From positions 5,954,001 to 6,018,000 of the forward strand of contig CM075994.1 of assembly GCA_038087875.1 (NCBI GenBank): a stretch of DNA of 64,000 bases, written 5' to 3'. The notes under the pieces are model-generated. The model saw only the letters and a program-made list of their open reading frames with translations, was not told the DNA's origin and made no database searches. A program made the position numbers and the translations under genes. Positions 40,991 through 54,445 of this stretch are shown here, one piece after another. Every line of letters starts with the position of its first letter. The first letter of the stretch is position 1. This DNA is from Malacoraja senta. Lineage: Eukaryota.

Positions 40991-41705
40991 ATCAACACAC
41001 CATAGAAGACAATTTGATGCATAGACCCGGCTCTCAGACGAAACCCCGACATTCCCATCGGAACAATTTTTTCTTATAATATATTTCCCTTCATATGCTC
41101 ATCAAATGCCGCGCCCCATCGCAGTGCGGTTGCCACGCCCTTGCAGTGGGAGCAATTTACAACAGATGCTTAATTTATGACACATTTCTGGGATAAGGAA
41201 ATAAATAGTCTGCCTGGAAGGGCTGAATTGACAGTATTCGCAAAATGTAAAACTGAACTAGAATTACTGAGTTGGCGCGAATTTCACCGGTCCTGAATAT
41301 TAGCGAGGAAGAGAGCAGCCGGACTTCCCGTGGATAGGTTGTACATTTCAGTTTCATATTGAACATAATCCGTCGTACACGTGATCTCCGATAGCAAACC
41401 CAACGCAAAACGTTCCTGGCTCCCAATATTCCCAACCATGATCTCACCAAAATTTCGCGACCTATTACGTGCACTTAAGCCGCACCGTGAAGTATGTTGT
41501 TAATTACATTGTAACTTTGATAATCTTAACTCAATTCCCAGCGCATATAATTTTGATTTAATTTAAGTAATTTTCGCAAGGCAATAATTTAATGTCTTTA
41601 ACCTACAAAGCATGGCATTAAAGCTAATTTATATGAATGGTACGGATAAATGACAAATGAATATTTGGAAGGAATACTGAGCTGAAACTATCTATGTGTC
41701 TTCAG

Positions 41706-41735
41706 AAGACAAGAAGACATTTCGGAGAACTCGAC
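41706..41735 (+). CDS. Weak candidate 30-nt phase-1 micro-exon, (E)DKKTFRRTR
   Basis: tatgtgtcttcag acceptor, GAC/gtaatt donor, open, multiple of 3. Confidence 0.3.
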
Positions 41736-42748
41736 GTAATTCTGCAGCTAAGTTCATTGAAAATCTCATCATTTGCATTGTCTAAGTGTTGTTGGTCTTT
41801 TACTGTCATCCATTTGTGGCTATGTTATAATCATTTCCAATATGGATAAGTATAGCAACATTCTTGGTTAAATTTACTATTAGCCTTACATGGATTTTTG
41901 CTCTTTCGCCTAATTTTCTGAAGACATTCTAATGTAAATGTATTACGAAATTGTGTATTGTTATTCTGATTTTCCTGTTGGGATGCTGCATTTAGTGGGT
42001 GCGTGTGACAAAGACTGCATATTTCGCGGTCGTGACACAACCTACTAAAGAAATAGCGCAGGGAATGTCAGGATGTGGGCGAAGCTTGTGTAAGACTTTT
42101 ATTGAATTATAGATTTCATATTATTGTATTTTTTTATTATTCTCTTTTATATTTAGGCAACCCTCCAAAACTGAATTTGCTTGGCTATTGATATACATGA
42201 ATTCAGGCAGCAACTAGTTCATACCTGAAAAACTATCTTGGTACATAGACCGATTGCTAAAATGGCTATGTTTCTATCATTCAACTATTCAGGCTAAAAT
42301 CAAATATTTATTTTTTATAATGAAGGCTCAGTCTACAAAGACCGTATGATCTATTCCTTCCCCATTTCTTATGATCTCGTATTTCAGTCATCGAGTTAAC
42401 GCTCATCTTGCACATCTACCGTTTACTTCTGTTTTTTGGAAATCTAAAAATGCACATCCTCTTTGCACCCCAACTCTGTGATGTAATTCCATAATCATAA
42501 CGTTATCGATTTATTATACGTGCCTTTCCATATTTACCAATATTGCAATAATGGCTGCGTAAAAATAGTCGCACTTTATAATTGTTTTTATTTCACTAGC
42601 TGCTACACCCCTCAGTTCAGGCTCAATTGGGAATACTTAATTCGCATCTAAAGCTCTTTACACCTTTTACTTTCCTTCTTAAACGTATTTGTCTTGTTGA
42701 TGTAGCTAACGATGTACAGGATTTAATTACATATTTTCCGGTCTTCAG

Positions 42749-42784
42749 ATATGGAGGGTTTGCGTGCATCCACGGATGACGTAG
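42749..42784 (+). CDS. Putative 36-nt phase-1 micro-exon, (D)MEGLRASTDDV
   Basis: atattttccggtcttcag acceptor, TAG/gtaaga donor. Confidence 0.65.
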   Translation: MWRVCVHPRMT

Positions 42785-42943
42785 GTAAGAAATGCGAGCA
42801 AAGACCTATACTTCATATTATTGCATTTTTTAAATTTTAACAGCAGGCTAACGTGAATATTATGGCGCAGCGTAGACGACAGTCCACGAGTGGACTATGT
42901 GCGCCGATTATAGATTATGCTCTGTTGTATGATAAAACAAATT

Positions 42944-45030
42944 ACATAGAAACATAGAAAATAGGTGCAGGAGGAGGCCATTCGGCCCTTCGAGCTAGCA
43001 CCGCCATTCATTGTGATAATGGCTGATCGTCCCCTATCAATAACCCGTGCCTGCCTTCTCCCCATATCCCTTGACTCCACTAGCCCCTAGAGCTCTATCT
43101 AACTCCCTCTCAAATCAATCCAGTGACTTGGCCTCCACTGCCCTCTGTGGCAGGGAATTCCATAAATTGACAACTTTCTGGGTGGAAAAGTTTGTTCTCA
43201 CCTCAGCCTTAAATGACCTCCCCTTTATTCTAAGATTGTGGCCCCTGGTTCTAGACTCGCCCAACTTTGGGAACATTTTTCCTGCATCCAGCTTGTCCAG
43301 TCCTTTTATGATTTTATATGTTTCTATACGATCACCCTCATCCTTCTAAACTCCAGTGAATGCAAGCCTAGTCTTTTCAATCTTTCCTCATATGACAGTC
43401 CCGCCATCCCAGGGATCAATCTCGTGAATCTACGCTGCACTGCCTCAATCACAAGGATGTCCTTCCTCAAATTAGGAGACCAAAACTGTACACAATACTA
43501 CAGATGTGCTCTCACCAGAGCCCTATACAACTGCAGAAGAACCCGTTTACTCCTATACTGAAATCCTCTTGTTATGAAGGCCAACATTCCATTAGCTTTC
43601 TTCACTGCCTGCTGTACCTGCAAGCCAACTTTCAGTGACCGGTGTACAAGGACGCCCAGGCCTCGCTGCACCCCCCCCCTTACTAACCTAACCCCATTGG
43701 GATAATAATCTGTCCCCTTGTTTTTGCCGCCACAGTGGATTACCTCTTTAATAATTGACTCCAGCATCTTTCCCACCACCGAAGTCAGGCTAACTGGTCT
43801 GTAATTCCCCGTTTTCGCTCTCGCTCCTTTCTTGAAAAGTGGGATAACATTAGCTATCCTCCAATCCACAGGAAACTGATCCTGAATCTATTGAACATTG
43901 GAAAATGATCACCAATGCGTCCACTATTTCTAGAGCCACCTCCCTGAGGACCCTGGGATGCAGACCATCAGGCCCAGGGGATTTATCATCCTTCAGTCCC
44001 ATTAGCCTACCCAATACTATTTCTCGCCCAATGAAATGTCTTTCAGTTCCTCTACCCCCTAAGATCCTCTGTCCTCCAGTACATCTGGGAGATTGTTTGT
44101 GTCTTCCTCAGTGAAGACAGATCCGAAGTACCTATTCAACTTTTCTGCTATTTCCTTGTTGCCCATAATAATTTCATCCGTGTCTGCCTTCAAGGGACCC
44201 ACATTTGACTTTGCTACTCTTTTTCCCTTAACACATCTAAAGAAGCGTTTACTGTCCTTCTTTATATTCCTGGCCTGCTTCCGTTCGTACTTCATCTTTT
44301 CAGCCCGTATTGCCCTTTTTGTTTCCTTCTGTTGTCCTATGATAGTTTCCCAATCCTCTGGCTTCCGGCTACTCTTTGCTGTGTTATACATCTTATCTTT
44401 TAGTTTTATTCTATCCCTAACTTCTCTTGTCAGCCACGGTTGACTCCTACTCCCCTTAGAATCTTTCTTTCTTTTTGGAATGAAATAATCCTGCGTCTTC
44501 CGGATTATGCCCAGAAATTCCTGCCATTGCTGTTCCACCGTCATTCCTGTTAGGATACCTTTCCAGTCCACCTTGGTCAGCTCCCCTCTCAGGCCTTCAT
44601 AGTCCCCTTTGTTCAACTGCATCACTGACACTTCCGCTTTAACGTTCTCCTTCTCAAATTGCAGATTAAAACTAATCATATTATGATCACTAACTCCAAG
44701 CGGTTCCTTTACCTCGAGTTCTCTTATCATATCTGGTTCATTGAACTTTTCTCTGGTCGGCTCCATTACAAGCTGCTCTAAGAATCTATCTCGGAGGCAT
44801 TCTACAAACTCACTTTCTTGGTGTCCTGAGCCAACCTGATTTTCCCAGTCTACCTGCATATTGAAATCCCCCATCACCATAGTCGCATTACCTTTGTTAC
44901 ATGCCAGTTTTAACTCCTGCTGCAACTTACACCCTACATCCGGGCTACTTTTTGGGGGTCTGTAGATAACACCAATTAGTGTCTTCTTGCCTTTACAATT
45001 CCTCAACTCAATCCACAGTTACGCTACCTC
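42944..45030 (-). mobile_element. CR1 LINE with internal deletions (APE endonuclease, RT and 3' tail remnants)
   Basis: GVIYRPP, MGDFN, SDHN endonuclease motifs; DWRIANVIPLFKKG, NYRPVSLTSVVGK; (ttctatgt)n tail. Confidence 0.92.
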
Positions 45031-46849
45031 ATTACGAGCTAATGAAACATACACAACGTGATGTCGAGCAAATAAAATGATAGTAAGGAGCTGCTATTTT
45101 ACACGATTTAAATTAGAATTATTTTAGCTTTTCCTTTCAAAATCTGCCGGGCTGTTACTTTCGCTCTGGGGAACTTACGTTCAAACAGTTGAATGGCGTA
45201 TAGATAACACTTTGATAATGGTTATGATTACTTATATGTCTTCAAAGTTCGAGAGAAAAACCAATGCAACAATACGTGATCCATATGTCTTGTATTGCTC
45301 ACTATTGGCATTGAAAATGAAAAATTCGATCGGACAATGCGATATTATGCAATTAAATGTACAAATTATGGTAACAGCCATGAGTAACGCACCGCTATAA
45401 GTATAAATGTTTGTAAGGTGGTTAGACTTGGGTGCGTTAAACACTAGAATCAGCATTGATGGATTCAGCTCAGATAGAAAATTAATCAAATTTTCTGATA
45501 GACAAAGATGTTAATGATTCTCAATAGTGTAATTTTACGAATAACATATTAAACTCGGGGGAAAAGAGCTTGATATGCACTTAAAGGACAGGTGCTCTTA
45601 ATTATGATCAAGAACTTCGATCCGGAGGGATTATATAGATTGGTCTTATTGTGAGAGATGTTATAACATTTTGGGCGTTTATAAAATCAGGGGGGCTTAG
45701 GTAGAAAGATAGAGATTTTTGTTACTACCATTATTGGGAAGATTAGAACTAGAAGAAGCATGTATATGGCGAGAGGGTCGAAAATTCACGGATATCTTTA
45801 CGCAATAGGATAGGCACGAATAATACTGTGATTATCCGCAACGATTGGTTATAGGATACGGTAGAGGTGGAAGCATTTGTCATGCTCTGTGGGATTTTCA
45901 TGTATACAGCCGATACAGTACGTGCGATACAGACCGAAAATAGGCAAATGGGGCAAATGGGGCCAGAAATTCCCTTTCCATTCTACATGGTTCTGTGGTT
46001 CCAAAAGCCCGGTATGTTTCTGTGCGTAATTTCCTCAACTTTAGTACACTCCAAAGCCATGATATACTTACCTAACATACATTTTCTCAGTTGTGTCGAG
46101 GACAATTCATTGAAAATTTTCACAAATCATTCGAAATTACCACAAATCTATCGAATATCTATGCTTCTGGCGGCTATGATTATAATCAGAATTTTTTTTT
46201 GTACTCCACCTACTAATATGAAATCTACCGCACATGAATCTGTCGTGCTATCTTTCGCCTTTCGTGGGTCCTTGGAGCAAATGGAACTCCAGTCCAAAGG
46301 TTTGGCTGAAAGCTTGTGCAGGAAGATTTCAATGTCAGATCGTGTACACTAGCTCCCTCCCCTGTGAACGACAATACTAACTAAAGGCGTCTAATATTTG
46401 AAGGAATAGACAAGGAGTAGAATGCATATTAACGTATTAATATTAATTAAAAATCACGTATTACGTATATACATTTATATCCAATACTGGAAATTGAATC
46501 CAAACCATTACGTTAATCGAAATAAACAAATAGTGAATGAAATGTGCCCGTCTTTTCAATCACAGTCGTAGATCCTATTTAATTGAACAAGTCTTCGTTA
46601 TATGTAGAATGGATTTAATTACTCATGAACATAATCATTTTTTCAAAGGTACTACATCCCTTGACGAAACATCTTTGATGTAATTTCTCAATTTCGAAAA
46701 GGAGAACTGACAACTACACGAGAGACAAGCACTAATTCGATATAATCCGAAATGTACGACTGACAACTCAATACATGCGATTAGATTTTTGCTAGCTGTA
46801 TCCGGGAATTGTTTGGCATTCAGAGATACATTCTTGGATTCTATATGTT

Positions 46850-47140
46850 ATAAGGACTGCCTTCAGCAGCAGAATGGTTCCACCCAGGTGCAGTACAGAA
46901 CGCCACAGGAAATCCTTCTACCCGGTAACAATCAAACGGGACAACTTCTCCACCTTTTGTTGTGGGGTAGACTGATCCCCCCCGCCCCCAACCCCTCCCC
47001 AATATTTATCTTTGCACATCTTCACTTCTTTCGACTCGTCATTTTAATTTCATGTTTGATGTTTGTTGTCTTTTATGACTGTTGGCAGATCAATTTCTCT
47101 CCTGGGATAAAAAAAAAGTTCCATCGGATCGAATCATATC
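46850..47140 (+). mobile_element. Rex/Babar-type LINE 3' remnant
   Basis: Degenerate ..cgccacaggaaatccttc.. C-terminus and ..cctgggataa..(atcg)n tail. Confidence 0.5.
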
Positions 47141-47303
47141 GTTATATGAATTTTCAGTACCCTATTTTTTGCGTCGTCAGATGCTCGCAAATCTCTCAAT
47201 TGACTGCCTTATTACTGCCAATTATTTCACCAGTTATTAAGAAATGTTCCAAGAAATATCTGTTGGATATCATGGAGTTTCCAAGAATATCCATGCAGGA
47301 TAG

Positions 47304-50300
47304 TATCAGAACTGAACGAGGAGGAGGACTCAAATGCAAGCTCAGACACAGGGCAGATCAGTTTCCAGAGTTTAATCGGTCCAAGTCGGTACAAAGGTAA
47401 GCAAAAATGGAGACAACAGTACAATCTAGGAGCAGCAAAAACAGTGGTCGAAGACGGGCACTGGTCGAGATAACAAGGTCAAAAGATTTCTAGAGCTGGC
47501 ACGAGGTGATACAAAGTAACATACACAACGAACTGGCAATGAGAACTAAAACACAAAGGGCTTAACTACACAGCCTAACAGGGGATAATGAGACACAGGT
47601 GAAACACATCAGGGCGGGGCCAACAATCACACGAGGGGAAACGACATGACAGGAAATGGGACCTGAAACGAGAGGAGATGTGAGACACCAAAATAAAACA
47701 AGAATGCAACCAATAACACTAAAAACAATAAGAAACAGAAAGTAGATCAAACGTGAGACCTGACAGTACCCCCCCCCCCCCCCCCCCACGGCCGGCTCCT
47801 GACGGCCCAGGATCTTCAGGATGTTGGTGCCGATATTCCCTGATAAGTTCAGGGTCGCATATGTTGCGAGTCGGCACCCAAGAGCGCTCCTCGGGTCCAT
47901 AAACCTCCCAATCCACAAGATACCGATGACCACGACCATGCCGGCGCATCCCCAGCAACCGGCTGACCGTAAACACTGGACCCCCATCAAGGAGCCGGGG
48001 TGGCGGAGGGGGTTTGGAGGCAGGGACCAGAGGACTCTCCTTAAATGGCTTCCGTCGGGAGACATGGAAAGTAGGGTGGACCCTCATGGCACGGGGGGAG
48101 TTGGAGACGAACCGCCACAGGATTGATGACCTTCGATATGGGGAAAGGACCAACAAAACGAGGAGCCAGCTTCCGGGATTCCACTCTCAGAGGTAAGTCT
48201 CGAGTGGAGAGCCACACCTTTTGGCCAGGCGAGTATACTGGAGCCGGCGTTCTTCCCCGGTCAGCCATTCTCTTGTAACGCGCAGCACTGCGCAACAGCA
48301 TCTGACGAGCCTCATTCCAAACCTTGTGACAGCTACGGACGAGAGCCTGAGCGGAGGGCACACTGGACTCCTTCTCCACAGCAGGGAACAATGGCGGTTG
48401 ATAACCATAGGCACACTGGAATGGAGAGAGACCAGAGGATGAGCAAGGAAGTGTGTTGTGTGCATACTCCACCCAAATAAGGTGTTTGCTCCAAGTTGAA
48501 TGGTTCTGTGCCACCAAGCACCGCAGTCCTGTATCCAATTCCTGGTTAAGGCGTTCAGTCTGTCCATTGGATTCCGGGTGATAACCAGATGTAAGGCTGA
48601 CCGTGGCGTCCAACAGAGTACAAAACTCCTTCCAAAACCTGGACACGACCCGAGGGCCCCGGACAGACACAATGTATCTGGAAAATCCATCAATTCGAAA
48701 AACACGAGACAACATGACCTCCGCCGTTTTCTTGGCGGAGGGAAGCTTGTGCAATGGAATGAAGTGGACCATCTTAGAAAATCTGTCCACTAAAGTCATG
48801 ACTGTGGTGTTACCTTCAGAAGAGGGCAGGCCCGTGACAAAGTCCATGGAGATGTCTGACCAGGGGCGTGAGGGGACAGGCAGCGGACTCAGGAGGCCAA
48901 AGACAGGCCGACGTGAGGTCTTGTTCTGAGCACAAATACTGCAGGCGGCGACGTACTCCTTAATCCCCCTCTCCATGGAAGGCCACCAAAACCGCTGTTT
49001 GGCCACAAACAGGGTTCGGCGGACACCGGGATGACAGGAGATCCGAGACGTATGAGTCCCGTGAATCACCTGTGAGCGAAGAGACTCGGGAACAAACAGA
49101 CGATTAGAGCGACACCCTAGCGGGGTCTGACTACCAGCAGTAGCCTCGGAAACTCTCTTGTCAATCTCGCAAGTAACCGCCCCAACAACACAGGAAGCAG
49201 GCAGAATGGGAGTTGAAACCTTAGGGGCCGGGTCAGGATCAAACTGTCTGGAGAGAGCATCAGGTTTGCCATTCTTGGCACCAGGGCGGTAAGACAGTAC
49301 AAAATCAAACCGATTAAAGAAGAGAGCCCATCTTGCTTGGCGTAAGTTGAGGCGTTTGGCTGACTTGATGTATTCCAGGTTCTTCTGGTCTATCCAAAAT
49401 AGATACGGCTGCTCGGTGCCCTCCAACCAGTGTCTCCATTCCTCCAAGGCTGCTTTAACCGCTAACAGTTCACGGTTACCCACATCGTAATTTCTCTCAG
49501 CAGGCGAAAGTTTTTTTTGAGATGAAAGCGCAGGGATGCATTCGACCATCCGAGGGCGATTTCTGGGAGAGTACGGCCCCGATGCCCACACCCGAGGCGT
49601 CCACCTCAACCACGAACTGAAGTGCCTGGTCAGGGTGAACCAGGACGGGGGCTGAGGTGAAGCTCCTCTTGAGTCTCATAAATGCAGTTTCTGCTTGAGG
49701 GGACCAAGAGAAAGGCACGTGGGGTGAGGTGAGAGCATGAAGTGGTGCCGCAGTGACACTAAAGTACCGTATAAACTTCCTGTAAAAATTAGCAAACCCA
49801 AGGAACCCCTGAAGTCGGTTACGACTGGAGGGTGTAGGCCAGTTGGCCACAGCACTGACCTTGCTCGGGTCCATCTGTATACCAGCAGGTGATACAACAT
49901 AACCAAGGAATAGAACAGTGTTAGCATGAAATTCACATTTCGCAGCTTTCACAAAGATCATTCCGGAGCCATCGTCCCAGCACCTGGTGTACATGCTGCA
50001 CATGGGAAGTTTCGTCTGGAGAAAAGAGCAAAATGTCCTCAAGGTACACAAACACAAATTTGTTCAGCATGTCACGTAATACATCATTAACCAGGCCTTG
50101 AAAAACTGCTGGAGCATTAGTAAGACCAAACGGTATGACCAGATATTCATAATGACCACTGGATGTGTTAAACGCAGTTTTCCTTTCATCCCCCTCCCTT
50201 ATCCTCACCAGATGATAAGCATTTCTAAGATCTAACTTAGTGAATACTTTAGCGTATTTTAACAGTTCAAATGCAGAGGAGATCAGAGGAAGAGGGTACC

Positions 50301-52698
50301 TGTTCTTAACAGTAATGTCATTGAGTCCTCTGTAGTCAATGCAGGGCCGAAGTGTTTTATCCTTTTTATCCACAAAGAAGAATCCAGCTCCTGCAGGTGA
50401 AGAGGAAGGTCTGATGATCCCGGCAGCAAGGCCGTCGCCAATGTACTTTTCCATGGCGAGCCGCTCAGGTGAAGACAAGTAGAGATGACCCTTTGGAGGC
50501 GCTGTAGCTGGCAGAAGGTTGATGCAGCAGTCTTACGGTCTATGCGGCGGAAGAGATGTGGCCTTGGCCTTGTTGAACACCTCCTTCAGGTCCAGATAAC
50601 ACGAGATCTGGAAAGACCCCCTCCCTTGAACGGGGAGGCTGCCGGAGAGTGGTCCTGGAAGACCCCAGCAAACTGCTCCTCGACAGATCCTTCATAGGCT
50701 CAGGAGAAGAATCATGCACCAGACAGGTGAGTTTACAGTTATTCCCCCAGGAATTTACTTCCCCAGTACCCCAGTTCATGTGAGGATTATGGTCAGACAG
50801 CCAACGGAGCCCCAAAACCAGAGGATGAAGACAAGAGTTGAGGAGGTGAAACCTGATGGTCTCAATGTGATTACCTGCCACGATGAGTTGAACATGTTGA
50901 GTTCGGTGAGTTACCCTGCACAGTATGCGCCCATCCAGTGCACTAGCCTCCTTATGTTTTTGAAGCTTTCACGTTCCAGCTTGAATTCATCAGCCAAGCG
51001 AATGTCCAAGAAGTTCTCATCTGCCCCAGAATCAACCAAAGCCTGCAGGGAGTGACGCTGGGAATGCACCAACAATTGTACAGCCGTGCGTTGACGAGAG
51101 GAAAGGCTCATAGGAGCGGTACAACTCACCAATGTCCTCTCTTACATTGGTGAGCTTTGTATTTTACTGAACAGCTGTTCAACAAATGTCCCAGTTCACC
51201 ACAGTAAAAACACCTCCCCTCCCTTAGGCGGCGCTGCCGCTCCTCCGGGCTGCGTTTGGCTCGTCCCACCTGCATGGGCTCCTCCGAAGAGACAGGTGGC
51301 GCTGTCGGCTGACTGGACCGGTCGAGAGGGAAGAAGTCCCGACCGGAAGGCGAAGGGCGATGCTGCCGCCACTGCTGGGGGGGAGGACCGGACTGCAGCC
51401 GATCTCCTCTCTCGCTCTCTTTCTCTAAGCCTGGCGTCAATCTGGACAGCCAGGGAAATCATAGACTCGAAGTCGGAAGGCAGGGTTAGTGGAGCCAACT
51501 GATCTTTGATAGCTTCTGACAATCCATTGCGAAAAGCATCCAACAAAGCAGCCTCATTCCATCCACTCTTAGCAGCAACAGTTCGAAAGTCAATAGCAAA
51601 ATCCATAACTGTGCGATTACCTTGTTTCATGGAGACCAGGTTCTGTGAAGCCTCTCGGCCAGGATTGGAGTGATCAAACGTGCGGGACAGAGCTTCCATG
51701 AACAGGACCGACGCCTGGCAAACAGGAGAATTCCGAGACCATTCCGCCGTGGCCCAAGCCTCCGCTCTTCCCGACAGGTGCGTGATGATAAAGGCTACCC
51801 TTGAGCATTCTGATGGAAAGGAAGCAGCTTGAAGTTCTAAATACAGTCCACACTGAATCAAAAAAGGTCTGCACTTCTCCGATTCCCCCGAGAAGTGTTC
51901 CGGTCTTGCCAGGTGGACGAATGGAGACGTTGCGGCATCCGTGGCCATCAGAGCTCCTGGAGACACAGACAAGGAAACAGACTCGGCCGGCACTGGAGCC
52001 GCGGCAGGGAAAAAATAATCCAGCCGCGCAACCAGGTGTTCAAACCGGGAACTGAAAGTGTTCACCTGTGAGCCGATGTCCGTCTGGAACCCCTGCTGGC
52101 GCTCGCCGAGATCCCGGAACCCGGCGAAGATCGAGGTGAGTTGACCCTCGTAATGTGAGATGCGCTCCTCTTGCTTATGGAGCGCTGCACGAAAAAGATC
52201 AGAGCCCGCTGAGTCCGTTGTTGGCCAGTTCGTAATATCAGAACTGAACGAGGAGGAGGACTCAAATGCAGGCTCAGACACAGGGCAGATCAGTTTCCAG
52301 AGTTTAATCGGTCCAAGTCGGTACACAGGTAAGCAAAAACGGAGACAACAGTACAATCTAGGAGCAGGCAAAAACAGTGGTCGAAGACAGGCACTGGTCG
52401 AGATAACAAGGTCAAAAGATTTCTAGAGCTGGTACGAGGTGATACAAAGTAACATACACAACGAACTGGCAATGAGAACTAAAACACAAAGGGCTTAAAT
52501 ACACAGCCTAACAGGGGATAACGAGACACAGGTGAAACACATCAGGGCGGGGCCAACAATCACACGAGGGGAAACGACATGACAGGAAATGGGACCTGAA
52601 ACGAGAGGAGATGTGAGACACCAAAATAAAACAAGAATGCAACGAATAATACTAACAACAATAAGAAACAGAAACTAGATCAAACGTGAGACCTGACA
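47304..52698 (-). mobile_element. Full-length sushi-type chromoviral Gypsy LTR retrotransposon (frameshifted gag-pol; LTRs 47304-47765 and 52236-52698)
   Basis: PEHFSG/HLSGRAEAWA gag, EPMQVG..CFYCGELGH, ALVDSGA protease, [24 protein letters not shown]ase [38 protein letters not shown] chromodomain; poly-G PPT; ggatag duplicated at 47298-47303 and 52699-52704. Confidence 0.96.
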
Positions 52699-52849
52699 GG
52701 ATAGAGTGCAGTGCACTATTTGAAAAACTGTCGTATCTCTGTTTTTTTCTGCAGTAACATCGTTCTTTCCAAGCATTCGCTGCTAAACAAAATAGTCAAG
52801 CTGAAATTAGTAAACATCAATATGATATAATGACGTATTTTCGGAACAG

Positions 52850-52876
52850 ATAAACTGCTGAAGCAAAAAGACGAAG
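52850..52876 (+). CDS. 27-nt micro-exon A1, (D)KLLKQKDE
   Basis: tattttcggaacag acceptor, AAG/gtaagt perfect donor. Confidence 0.72.
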
Positions 52877-54409
52877 GTAAGTGCATAACCTTATTTTACT
52901 TGCCGCCACCAGCAGTTCTTTTCTTAAACCATAAGGTATCCCAACAATATTTAGCATTTAGATAACCATTTGTTGCTGATTTTATGGGGAATTGTAACAA
53001 TTTGTTGTCCTCCTTTGTTATGGAATTTGCATGGTAAAATAAGTTGTTACATTCCCTTCAAAACATGATGTGTTTACAACTTTTTGTTATGGCAACGCAT
53101 AGCATATTCACATTAGTAAGTGAATGAAATTGGTAGCTACATGACAGTGCAAAATAATATTTTTATATTCGGAAGGAAAGCAATCCAATTCTGCTATTTA
53201 TTGGCATGTCAAACCATCGTCATCATCAGAAAAGTAAGGAAAGGTGGCATGAATAAAGTTTTGGTGGAAATATCAACTTTTCATTTGCAAAATGTGTTGC
53301 GGTGTGAACAGTCAATTCTAATCCCTCCATAGCCTTTAATCAAAGAAAACTCACTGTGCCGCATTGCACTAAGGTGTTGAAAGTGAATGATATTAATTTA
53401 ATATCAGCATTATTATCCGGGGTGCGATAGTACGGATCTCCGGTTAAAGTGAAATCAAACAGCATCCTGTTGCAAGGACAGAAGATGTATGCAAACAGTT
53501 GCATATTTTGTAAAATACATAATTCTTTGCTTTTAAACTCCACGCTACTCGGTCAGAGAATATTGTCCGAATGTTTTACCGATTTAAATTCCCCGATTTG
53601 CACTGGTAAGTCAAGATAAAATTATTAATGTATCCTTAAACAATACAATTTAGGCCTATCAAAAATAGCCTTAACGGCACCTACCGAACCTTCTTTCACC
53701 AGCACCATTGGAACGTGTTCCAAGCAGTAACTATCATCTGTGTAAACGTTTCCTCCGCACATCTCCTTTCATTTCCTTCCGCACCTCAAATATATGCTCA
53801 AACATTTGATATTTCCAATCTGGGGGGGAAATGATGATGACATTCTTTCGTGCCTGCACCATTCATCATACTGTATTCGTCTATATGGTCATCTCTCAAC
53901 CTCCGACGATGCGGCGAAACAATCTAACAGTTTCCAACCTCTTTATAAAATGTAAAACTCTTCTGCATCATCTCAAAGCTTTCACTTTATTCATGTAATG
54001 TGGCGAACAAAACTGCACACAATACTCTAAATAGTCCCGACCAAAGGTACAATGCTGCTACTTTGAGGGAATTATGGACTTAGATTCGGAGACCACTAAA
54101 TGCATTAATGTTAACGATATTGTCACTTATTGCACATTCCCACGTTACATTTGCTCTCTGAAAGTGCAACAGCTCACACACTCGGACTAAACTACTTATT
54201 CAATTTCTCCTCTAATGCCTGTTTCTGACCTATACACTAATTCATCCCTTGACAGCCATCTTCACTCTCCACCCCTCCACCAATTGTTGTGTCGTCTGCA
54301 TACCTACAAACCAAACCTTACAAACAAGAGAAATCTGAACAATTCCCGATGCAAAACCCCACTGTCCACAGCTAACAATACAAATTTGTATTTTACATTT
54401 TCTATACAG

Positions 54410-54445
54410 AAATACTTGAATTAAAAAAACAAATTGAAGAAGCAG
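54410..54445 (+). CDS. 36-nt micro-exon B1, (E)ILELKKQIEEA
   Basis: gctaac branch point, ttttacattttctatacag acceptor, CAG/gtgaga donor. Confidence 0.75.

Noticed and set aside
45867..47400. 161-aa and 203-aa ORFs
   Set aside because: No recognisable motifs; they run through decayed repeat and LTR sequence
53557..53605. Strong donor CTG/gtaagt inside the repeat unit
   Set aside because: Nearest acceptors give 47 or 49 nt; no frame-preserving exon
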